Assembly (NCBI GenBank): GCA_011364925.1
Contig: RDOA01000035.1
Location: 1 to 38,344, forward strand
Origin: Promethearchaeota archaeon
GTDB lineage: Archaea; Asgardarchaeota; Lokiarchaeia; Sigyniarchaeales; SOKP01
Reading direction: 5' to 3'
Length of the DNA: 38,344 nucleotides
The notes below the pieces were generated by a model that had not been told where the DNA came from, ran no database searches, and worked only from the letters and a program-made list of their open reading frames with translations. The translations under genes and the position numbers were made by a program. This document shows, in pieces, positions 17,695 to 25,982 of the stretch; the first letter of the stretch is position 1; the number at the start of each line of letters is the position of its first letter.

Positions 17695-18915
17695 ATGAAA
17701 ACGATATCGGGAAATCCTTATTTAACCAAAAAGGATGGAGCTTTGCTCATAGATAATATTTCACTCAATGAACTTCTGAAAACTTATTCTACTCCTTTTA
17801 TGATATTTTTAGAAAATAGAATTAGAAACAACATTACCACCTTTCTTAAAGTTTTTGAATCTGCTTTTAATAACGCTCAATGTTTTTACTCTTTCAAGGC
17901 TAATTTCCTTCCGGAGATTTGTAACATTGTCCAATCTGAAGGGTTAGGTGCCGAATTAATTGGATTACCAGAATTGAAGTTAGCCCTAAAACTGAATTTT
18001 CCACCAGAGAAGATAATTGTCGGCGGACCTTATTTACCTCAACAACTTATTGAAAAATGCGTTAAAGAAGAAGTCAAAGAAATAGTCGTGTACAATCTGA
18101 ACGATTTAGTTAGAATAAATAGAATCGCTAAAAAACACAATCATATCCAAAAGATTTGCTTAAGAATTATGAATCAAAAATACGGAGCTAAATTAGGCAT
18201 TTACCTAAACCAAATAAATGTGAACAAGTTAAAAGAAATAACTAAAGAATGCGAACACCTTCGAATTACTACACTATTATCTCACTATTCTTCTCAAATG
18301 AATAATTCTGAGTTATTCACTAAAAATCTGAAAGTCATTTTAGACAATGCAAAAATTTTGTTCAATGCTGGTATTAAAGTAGAAAACATAAACTTGGGTG
18401 GAGGATTTCCCGAAGCTGCAATAATGCCAGAGAATCAGTTGAGAGAACTTGCTAAGAAGATAAAATCGCTTATAAATAATTTTGAGTTTAATTTCAATAG
18501 CATATATTTTGAACCCGGGCGTTATTTAGTTGGAGATGCTGGGTTGCTTATTGCTAAAATTATTAATATTACTGAAGATAGATGGATTTTCCTAAATGTA
18601 GGTAATCATATTTGCCCCAAATTTGCAAAATCTTCTATGAGGTTTTATAACGCTTCTAGAATTGAGGAACCACATAAATTTAAAACATCAATAGCGGGTA
18701 TTATTCCAACTGATCAAGATGTGTTAGCCAAAGATTACTTCTTTACCAACGACTTAAAGGAAGGAGATTTAGTTGTTATAACAAATGTAGGTGCCTATAA
18801 CCTAACTTTTTCTAACCGATTTCCTTATCTCCTTCCCAACGTAATACTTGTTAAAGATATAACTGCTATAAATATTTTCAATCCTTCTGTAAATCATGAT
18901 TTTTCTATCAATTAA
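17695..18915 (+). CDS. Group IV PLP-dependent decarboxylase (LysA-like), substrate uncertain
   Basis: YSFKAN (PLP Lys), HYSSQ, NLGGGF, FEPGRYLV and VGAY motifs; 1 nt from the GT4 gene. Confidence 0.85.
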   Translation: MKTISGNPYLTKKDGALLIDNISLNELLKTYSTPFMIFLENRIRNNITTFLKVFESAFNNAQCFYSFKANFLPEICNIVQSEGLGAELIGLPELKLALKLNFPPEKIIVGGPYLPQQLIEKCVKEEVKEIVVYNLNDLVRINRIAKKHNHIQKICLRIMNQKYGAKLGIYLNQINVNKLKEITKECEHLRITTLLSHYSSQMNNSELFTKNLKVILDNAKILFNAGIKVENINLGGGFPEAAIMPENQLRELAKKIKSLINNFEFNFNSIYFEPGRYLVGDAGLLIAKIINITEDRWIFLNVGNHICPKFAKSSMRFYNASRIEEPHKFKTSIAGIIPTDQDVLAKDYFFTNDLKEGDLVVITNVGAYNLTFSNRFPYLLPNVILVKDITAINIFNPSVNHDFSIN

Positions 18916-19033
18916 AATCCAAAGAAGATAGAATATAGCTATCGTATAAATTCTCTCTCTTTTTTAGGACTTTAAATAGGTTTTTTGAGTTAATATATTG
19001 ATTCAAAAATTTATATATACAGGAGTGAGATAA

Positions 19034-19063
19034 ATGCCTGGTGAACTAGGAACATTTCCTTAA
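19034..19063 (+). CDS. Micropeptide copy 4, MPGELGTFP (9 aa)
   Basis: ATG CCT GGT GAA CTA GGA ACA TTT CCT TAA. AGGAGTGA lies 5 nt upstream; TTTAAATA about 60 nt upstream; T-rich tract at about 19087-19102. Confidence 0.78.
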   Translation: MPGELGTFP

Positions 19064-19228
19064 TTAAATTTATTTACATTGTTATATTTTTCTCTTTCTT
19101 TATTAATATAAATAAATTCCCTAGAGCTTTCCCAGATATTTTGTAGGTAATATGTGAATATCATATTAATTCTAATTTTTTGTTTTTATTATTTCTATAA
19201 CTAAAATAATACGATCTGATGTTTTTTA

Positions 19229-20341
19229 ATGGAATCTCTAATAAGAAACGCTAAAAAACGAGATGTGGTTAGACCGGTTCGAGAGAATTTTGGATACGCT
19301 AATATAAAAATAGTAGGTTGTGGAGGAGCCGGAAATAATACGATAAATCGCTTAATGAAAATCGGGATAAGGGGTGCTAAGTGCGTAGCTGTGAATACAG
19401 ACCTTCAACACTTAGACAGTGTGGAATCTCATGTAAAAATGTTAATAGGAAAAAACTTAACACGTGGTTTAGGTGCTGGAGGGAATCCAGATATTGGTCG
19501 TGCGGCAGCAGAAGAATCACGAGAGGATATAACAAAAGTATTGAGAGAAGCAAACTTAGTATTTATTACATGCGGCGAAGGGGGTGGAACTGGAACTGGA
19601 AGCGCCCCTATAATAGCAGAAGTTGCCAAACTTGAGGGAGCGATAGTAGTTGGCGTGGTTACATTACCTTTTGATACCGAAATTGGGAGAATCGATAAAG
19701 CTCAAATTGGTCTTACCGAATTGAAAAAGTACGCAGATACATTAGTTGTTATCGACAACAATCGCTTATTAGATATTGCTCCAGATCTTCCAATAATAGA
19801 AGCATTCAGCGTCGCGGACGAAGTTTTAGCAACAATGGTCAAGGGAATAACAGAGACAATATCGTTACCATCACTTATAAACTTAGATTTTGCTGATGTC
19901 AGAACCATTTTGAGCACTGGGGGTGTAGCTATTGTAGGGGTAGGTGAATCAGGAGATAAGGATAACCGTGTAGAAGATGCTATCGAAGACGCACTTAACT
20001 CGCCTTTGTTAGATGTCTCCATCGATGGTGCAAAAGGGGCGTTAATTCATATATGTGGAGGAAATGATATGACTCTTGCGGAAGCAAATTCTGTAGCTAA
20101 AAAGATATCTGAAAAAATGGATGTAAACAATGCTATGGTGATATGGGGCGCTAGAGTTAATGACGAATTTGAGGGATATTTAAGAGTTATGCTCCTCATA
20201 ACGGGTATTAAATCTCCTCAAATTTTTGGAAAAAGTATATCAAGTCTTCCTTCTTTTGGTAGCACTGATTTACCCAAAAGCGTTAATGGGAGTAAATTGT
20301 CTAGCGACATTTTAAATATTAAAGAGCTTTCAGTTGATTAA
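19229..20341 (+). CDS. ftsZ: Cell division protein FtsZ
   Basis: VGCGGAGNN, NTDLQHL, GLGAGGNP, GGGTGTG tubulin signature and INLDFADV T7 loop. Confidence 0.97.
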   Translation: MESLIRNAKKRDVVRPVRENFGYANIKIVGCGGAGNNTINRLMKIGIRGAKCVAVNTDLQHLDSVESHVKMLIGKNLTRGLGAGGNPDIGRAAAEESREDITKVLREANLVFITCGEGGGTGTGSAPIIAEVAKLEGAIVVGVVTLPFDTEIGRIDKAQIGLTELKKYADTLVVIDNNRLLDIAPDLPIIEAFSVADEVLATMVKGITETISLPSLINLDFADVRTILSTGGVAIVGVGESGDKDNRVEDAIEDALNSPLLDVSIDGAKGALIHICGGNDMTLAEANSVAKKISEKMDVNNAMVIWGARVNDEFEGYLRVMLLITGIKSPQIFGKSISSLPSFGSTDLPKSVNGSKLSSDILNIKELSVD

Positions 20342-20381
20342 CTTCGTTTTTCGTACTCCTTTTTAAACTTATTTTGATAAT

Positions 20382-20741
20382 ATGTGTATGGATCGGAAAT
20401 ATAGTTTTGAAACTCAAAAAGAAATTAATACAGTTTTAGCGAGCTTTAACGAGTGGAAAAACTTATTTTCTATTAAAGTAGACTACTTCTACGAAGGATG
20501 GGGGATTTACTTGAAAGAAAAAAGCTTATATCCAAGAAGTATAGTGATTTTCAAGTCTTATTCAGAAAACAATTACGCAATTAAGAGTTTTGAAATACAC
20601 ACTAACAAAGGAAAAGAAATATATAAAGAACTTTACGTTAACGAGAATATTACCACTATGTCAGAGCTTTACACTGAAGTAAAAGAAATAATTTACGGGA
20701 AAGACATTCTGGGGTCAATTTCAAGCATTAGACAGGATTAA
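20382..20741 (+). CDS. Hypothetical protein
   Basis: 119-aa ORF filling the gap after ftsZ; no recognisable motif. Confidence 0.65.
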   Translation: MCMDRKYSFETQKEINTVLASFNEWKNLFSIKVDYFYEGWGIYLKEKSLYPRSIVIFKSYSENNYAIKSFEIHTNKGKEIYKELYVNENITTMSELYTEVKEIIYGKDILGSISSIRQD

Positions 20742-20777
20742 AAAGAGAGAATAATCATAAAACAAGGTTTTGAAATG

Positions 20778-21335
20778 TTAAAATTGAGGTTTATATAATT
20801 CCCTAAACTCTTCTTTCTTCTTTTCATTATACTTATTCTCTAAGAATTTAAATACTGAGTGGTGAGGCATCCCACTCAATAACATATTAACAGCCCTTCT
20901 TGCGATTTGCAAATTTTCATATTCTGCTATGATTGAGACCGTTTTTCCATAAACAGAAACATAACTCTCTGCGAACCTTTCTATTGCTTTACGCATTTCT
21001 CCATTTCGACCGATTATTCTTCCCTTTAGTCTCTTTATCTTCTTCTCAGACTTCCCTAACAAGTCGTACAAGTTAAAAACTTCTATATCAAATGTTTCAT
21101 CTAACAACTTCATAGCTTTTACGGGATTAAAACCTCTATTAATTGCGTTGACAACTTTTTGTGCCGTAAAAATGTTAAGTGGATTGTAATTTGAATGTCC
21201 AATCACAGGTTTCACTTCACAATCACCAGTTTTACTGTCCAAAACAATTTGAACGCCTAGAGTCTCTTCGATGTCTCCTTTTGTTTCTCCATTTTTTCCA
21301 ATAAGTACAGCAATTCTATTCTTTCCGATCTTCAT
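20778..21335 (-). CDS. Dim2/Pno1 KH-domain rRNA-processing protein
   Basis: RIAVLIGKNG, AINRGFNP..A, KGRIIGRNG and VYGKTVSII motifs; follows RIO1. Confidence 0.92.
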   Translation of the reverse strand: MKIGKNRIAVLIGKNGETKGDIEETLGVQIVLDSKTGDCEVKPVIGHSNYNPLNIFTAQKVVNAINRGFNPVKAMKLLDETFDIEVFNLYDLLGKSEKKIKRLKGRIIGRNGEMRKAIERFAESYVSVYGKTVSIIAEYENLQIARRAVNMLLSGMPHHSVFKFLENKYNEKKKEEFRELYKPQF

Positions 21336-21384
21336 AATACCATTTTTAAACTAATATCTTCAATAATGAACCGTAGTTTTTTAT

Positions 21385-22245
21385 CTAATCTAAATTAATT
21401 ACCTCGTAATAAAAATCTTCGGGATTTGGTACCTCTACTCCAATTTTTTCAAAATAATTAAAGATGTTCGTAATATCTCTAGCCAGATAAATTTCTGCCT
21501 TTGGGTGATGAATGGTTACTGCTTGTGATATATCAATTATTACTGGCTTTTGGTTGTGATAAAGGATATTAAACTCAGACAAATCTCCGTGCACTAAACT
21601 CGCCTTTTGATACAAACCTTTAATAAAATAAAGGATCTCATTTAATAGATTAACTGGATCTTTTGGTTCTTTAACTTCCTTTAATATGGGGGCTGGAATC
21701 GATTCAAACCCGATATATTCCATGATTAAAAGGTTATTTTTCACATAAATTGGCTCTGGTACGCTCAAACCTGCCTTATATGCTCTTTTAAGATTTTTAT
21801 ACTCTTTACTTGCCCATAGATATATGATTTTTGATACATTGTTTGGTACTTTCTTAAATCTTGGATCTCCGATTATATAATTTCTCATCCATTTTGAAGT
21901 ATTAGTATCGATTTTGTATATTTTTACTGCATACTCTTCATTATTTGGACTGTAAGCAAGATATACATTTGCCTCTTTCCCCGCAGAGATAATTCCTTCG
22001 ATTCGGTCTATAGTACCAGCTTTTAATAAATTATTCAGTTGAAAATATATTCTTTCATCTAATACAGAATCTACTGTAGCCCGTTTTTTTGTTTGATCCA
22101 CTTTTTTAATTCGTTTAAAATCGATTTTTTTCTTTTCTAAATCGTCCAAATCCTTGTCAAATTTATCAATAGCATCATATTCATCAACTCCATTTTCAGA
22201 ATCGTCATCTTTATCACCTGAAAATTCTTCTTGTTTCTTATCCAT
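21385..22245 (-). CDS. rio1: RIO1 atypical kinase
   Basis: ISAGKEANVY, AVKIY, WASKEYKNL, LVHGDLSEFNIL and IIDISQAV motifs. Confidence 0.95.
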   Translation of the reverse strand: MDKKQEEFSGDKDDDSENGVDEYDAIDKFDKDLDDLEKKKIDFKRIKKVDQTKKRATVDSVLDERIYFQLNNLLKAGTIDRIEGIISAGKEANVYLAYSPNNEEYAVKIYKIDTNTSKWMRNYIIGDPRFKKVPNNVSKIIYLWASKEYKNLKRAYKAGLSVPEPIYVKNNLLIMEYIGFESIPAPILKEVKEPKDPVNLLNEILYFIKGLYQKASLVHGDLSEFNILYHNQKPVIIDISQAVTIHHPKAEIYLARDITNIFNYFEKIGVEVPNPEDFYYEVINLD

Positions 22246-23166
22246 CTATTCCTCCCCTGTCACTTTCTTAATTACGAGTTTCTCATCAAAGAAATAGGAA
22301 AAATTTTTTACATTTTTAGTCAATTTTTCGTCTCTTAATATAACTTTATTTTTAGTTAAATTCTCTACAAAGTACTTTGAATCATTGATAAGAATATATT
22401 CATTTTTATTAAATGGGAGAAATTTCATCAGCGCTTTCAACCTATAGATATTTCTTCCCCTTTGGATGTCTCTTCCAACTAACTTTTTGGTTCTTTTTAG
22501 AATAAAAAAAAATTTTGATTTAATATGCGATATTATATGGTTTAACAACTCATTTGTGCTTAAATAGAGATCTACTCCCAAATTTTGGTCTTCGACTTTA
22601 GCAATGTATTGTTTATCGTCTTTGCTAAAAAGATTCTCAACGAACAAGGAAATATCGTCTAATGCATCCTTAATAACATCAAATTGATTCTTATCACTGA
22701 CGCGTAGTTGAAGAATCGACAAAAAGTGCATTCCCCCTCTTAAATTACTACAATTCTTACATAACTCATAATCAATAGTTACTTTTAGCGTTTCTTGGTG
22801 AGTAAAACTACGATTTTTTACCATCTTTCCTGTAACTGTGACTTCTACAGAATTTAAAAGATTTCTGGTTGAATACATAAAATTATTAAATGAGAATGAA
22901 AAATCGATTAAACCTTGCTTAATATAATGCTTTAGCAGAAATCGGTTTAGAACATCTTCAATTATAAGAAGAGTATCATTTTCAGAAGGCTCATACCACT
23001 CTTCTTTCTTTGAATATTTAAAGCAGTCGTTACATAGCTTAAAATTGTAGCTTTTAGGTAACTCAAATAAAGGGTTTTCTTTTAAATAACAATTGAAGCA
23101 CATACCAAAATGAGGTGCACTTTCATCTAGTTCTGAACCGCAAATCGCGCAAAATCTGTGAGGCAT
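22246..23166 (-). CDS. nmd3: NMD3 family LSU biogenesis protein
   Basis: CAICG..CFNC, CNDC, CKNCS...SILQLR, GVDLYLS and KLVGRD motifs. Confidence 0.88.
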   Translation of the reverse strand: MPHRFCAICGSELDESAPHFGMCFNCYLKENPLFELPKSYNFKLCNDCFKYSKKEEWYEPSENDTLLIIEDVLNRFLLKHYIKQGLIDFSFSFNNFMYSTRNLLNSVEVTVTGKMVKNRSFTHQETLKVTIDYELCKNCSNLRGGMHFLSILQLRVSDKNQFDVIKDALDDISLFVENLFSKDDKQYIAKVEDQNLGVDLYLSTNELLNHIISHIKSKFFFILKRTKKLVGRDIQRGRNIYRLKALMKFLPFNKNEYILINDSKYFVENLTKNKVILRDEKLTKNVKNFSYFFDEKLVIKKVTGEE

Positions 23167-23465
23167 TAAAACATCATTTTTATTGCCATTGGAATATTAT
23201 TTATCTTTCTCACTCCCTCTTTTGGCAGGAGTTGTAAAGCTATTGCCTTATTAGTGATATTTTCACCTACGATATTAAAGTACGACGCTTCTTTTAGAAT
23301 CTCTGCTGCTTGATCTATGTGTAAGAGTTCTCCCCCAAAAAATTTGGAGTTAATTTCAATCCTTAAATTCCCCTCAACATAAATTTGATCTAATAAGTCC
23401 TCATCGCAACAAGCGACAGTCTCAATGTCATTTCTTCTATGAATTTTAAGGTATACTTTCATCAT
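23166..23465 (-). CDS. DUF424 family protein (start revised to MMKVYLK)
   Basis: VACCDEDLL, FFGGE and NIVGE motifs; the ORF-track start overlaps aIF-2beta. Confidence 0.88.
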   Translation of the reverse strand: MMKVYLKIHRRNDIETVACCDEDLLDQIYVEGNLRIEINSKFFGGELLHIDQAAEILKEASYFNIVGENITNKAIALQLLPKEGVRKINNIPMAIKMMF

Positions 23466-23482
23466 CACACAATATTTTACAT

Positions 23483-23896
23483 TTAGTTTTCTCTTATTTC
23501 TTCCCGTGCACCACAAGCAGTGCATTTAAGAAAATTCTTTTTGCCTTCACGTTGAATTTCAGTATCTGGTTTATTACATATATTACATAACACAAACATT
23601 TTTGAATATTGTTCAATTAGCCTATTCAGTACTTGTTCTTTATAGATTCCTTTTAGAAATAACTGTTGTCCTCTTATTTCTCCCATTGTTCCGACTTTTT
23701 TCAGAAAAATACCGATAAAATGCTTACGATCTCTATTTAAAGTATTAATTATTTTGTTAAAGTTTGTAATATACGTGTTTTTAGCTTCAATTCTTATCTC
23801 AACTTTCGGAATTTCAAATCTGGATAATTTCTTCACATTATCGGGAATATTTTCATAGCCTTTCTCTAATAAATCATCATAATTGTTGATATCCAT
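23483..23896 (-). CDS. Translation initiation factor aIF-2 beta
   Basis: YDDLLEK.Y..IP, RFEIP, ITNF..I...LNRD, CNICNKPDT and CTACGA motifs. Confidence 0.95.
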   Translation of the reverse strand: MDINNYDDLLEKGYENIPDNVKKLSRFEIPKVEIRIEAKNTYITNFNKIINTLNRDRKHFIGIFLKKVGTMGEIRGQQLFLKGIYKEQVLNRLIEQYSKMFVLCNICNKPDTEIQREGKKNFLKCTACGAREEIREN

Positions 23897-23982
23897 ATTT
23901 ATCTACCTATCTTTCTATTTCTACAAATGTCAGTAATAAATCCTACAAAAATAATTTTACGGTTCTGAAAAATTAGGACAGT

Positions 23983-24741
23983 TCAATAGCATTGATATAT
24001 ATTTTCTTCTGTGGGATATATTCGTGATTCCATTACTAAATCGTTAATATATGTTTTAAGTTTACTCTCAGAAATCTTTAGCCGTTTTTGCAATTCTTCA
24101 AGGCTAATTCCGTTTCCGTCTTGGGAATATTCGTAAATTATGGAAAAGATATCTTCTTTGATAGAATCGACTTTAGAAGTCTCATTTTCTCCAAATATTT
24201 TATCAACATCAATATCGTCAGACAAATTATCAAAAAATGAATCTTCGTCTATAACAGCTTCAGATTCTTCAATATCTGGAATTTCATGCGTCTCTCCGAA
24301 TTTTATTTTTTTAATAACTTCAGCTTCCTGTAGTAAAACATAATTAGGATTGGTTATTTTTCTCATTGATTTAATAAAACGAATCTGTGATTTCTCATTA
24401 AATGATCCCACTCTACCTAAAACATCTACTACATCTCCTATATTGAAGTCTCGAAATTGATTTGGATCCACATCCCACTTAACAGCGGATATAATGCCTG
24501 TACCGTCATCAAGCTCAAACCTTAGATTTGTGTTTTCTTCTTCCGTCGGAGAATTTATATTATTTGTACTCCGACTAAGAAATTCTTCTTTATTAATAAT
24601 TGTCGCTATAAGTCTAATTCTTTTAAGTTCACCGAAAATAGTGAATAATGATTTTTCTTTGGCGTTATACCTACCTTCCATAAGATGTTTAACCCAACAA
24701 CGAATTGCGGGAGAAAACTCAAAAGTTCTAGATTCACTCAT
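23983..24741 (-). CDS. RPA32/RPA2-like protein (OB fold, acidic linker, C-terminal winged helix)
   Basis: RIRLIATI, FELDDGTGIISAVKW, GDVVDVLGRV; C-terminal GISLEEL...INDLVMESRIY. Confidence 0.8.
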   Translation of the reverse strand: MSESRTFEFSPAIRCWVKHLMEGRYNAKEKSLFTIFGELKRIRLIATIINKEEFLSRSTNNINSPTEEENTNLRFELDDGTGIISAVKWDVDPNQFRDFNIGDVVDVLGRVGSFNEKSQIRFIKSMRKITNPNYVLLQEAEVIKKIKFGETHEIPDIEESEAVIDEDSFFDNLSDDIDVDKIFGENETSKVDSIKEDIFSIIYEYSQDGNGISLEELQKRLKISESKLKTYINDLVMESRIYPTEENIYQCY

Positions 24742-24859
24742 ATTTGTTTTAATATAAAGTTTTTTGCTAAATTACCTTATTATTGACTACAATCTAATAT
24801 AGAAATGATTATTAAGCGTTAAATATAACTAAATTTTGCTTATAGAAGAAAAGAAAAAG

Positions 24860-25000
24860 TAGCGGGGGTTCGACTTTCATTCTGCTGGAACTCAGCAACG
24901 AAAGAATTTTGAACGAACGACTCTGACGCTAGCTCGTAAAAGGGCAAGCGTTCTCAGGGTTATGAGCCCTGCGGCATAAACCAGGCTAGCCCACCCCGCT
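24860..25000 (-). tRNA. Initiator tRNA-Met(CAU) with two non-canonical introns: 24921-24951 (46/47) and 24874-24907 (59/60)
   Basis: A1-U72 acceptor AGCGGGG/CCCCGCT with A73; anticodon arm CAGGG-CTCATAA-CCCTG with three G-C pairs; T stem GTTCG/CGAAC. Both inserts form BHB motifs with perfect 4-bp central helices (CTGA/TCAG and TTCA/TGAA). Confidence 0.92.
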
Positions 25001-25160
25001 TAGGTTTTTTCTTATGAATACCACACTTGAGTTATAAATCATATAATTAACTTAACTTTTAATTTCTTATTATTTTTAGAAGCGATTGTTGTGGTGTTTT
25101 TTTAGTTTAATATATATTAACTTACAATTATTTAAAATAAACTTATGATAACGAAAAAAA

Positions 25161-25889
25161 ATGGTTGACTCGCATACAAAGACTTTTTTTGGGCAAAATA
25201 CAGGGATTATAGTAAGTAGTTTTTCACGCACGGATCCTTTTACCTTTATACATTTCTTTAAAAGAAAACCTGATGGAACATGGGAAAAACCGTCATCAAA
25301 GGAGGGAAAATCAATTAAATTTTCGTTAGAAGAAATCGTAATGATTTTGCGAGTATTAAATCGTCAAACACCTAGTTGGGATAGTCAACATAACTATAAA
25401 GACACGACTACTTCCATTTCGTTCAATTGGGAAGATGAAGAAACCGAAGCATTATGGATTAATATAGGAAAATACTCAAAAAGACTTAATCTTGCTCAAA
25501 TTGAAATCTTTAGGTTACTTCTATCTCACATCCTACAAGAAAAAGTAATTCACTCAACGCATCCAAAAAAGATTGAGGGAAAAAGTAAATCTAAGAAAAA
25601 TCTTTCGTTAGAGACTATAGAAACCATAGAGTTCAAGAATCCTCTTAGTGAGGTTATTAATGTTAATGTAAACGAGTCAATAAATAGTAAAATCATAGAT
25701 GATGGTACGAGTAACATCAATGGATCAATTGTAGGAGAAACCGGCAAAGCATTTCTAATAAAGTTTGAGAATAATGAAGAGTGGATACCAAAATCGACAA
25801 TTAAGAATCACACCATTATACAAAATGCCAATTCCCAAAATTTTTTAATAGATAATTGGATTTTAAAAAAGCTTAATTTAATATCTTAA
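25161..25889 (+). CDS. Hypothetical protein; possible Whirly/PC4-like ssDNA-binding N-domain plus small C-terminal beta domain
   Basis: Repeated beta-strands-then-helix pattern (IKFSLEEIVMIL; KRLNLAQIEIFRLLL); C-terminal ETGKAFLI..EEWIPKSTI. Confidence 0.55.
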   Translation: MVDSHTKTFFGQNTGIIVSSFSRTDPFTFIHFFKRKPDGTWEKPSSKEGKSIKFSLEEIVMILRVLNRQTPSWDSQHNYKDTTTSISFNWEDEETEALWINIGKYSKRLNLAQIEIFRLLLSHILQEKVIHSTHPKKIEGKSKSKKNLSLETIETIEFKNPLSEVINVNVNESINSKIIDDGTSNINGSIVGETGKAFLIKFENNEEWIPKSTIKNHTIIQNANSQNFLIDNWILKKLNLIS

Positions 25890-25982
25890 ATAGACTTGTT
25901 AATCCGAACCAAAATATATAAGCTTAATTGCTTTTTTTAATTATCACCATTAATTGTATAACAAGTGATTTAGCAATTCTTT

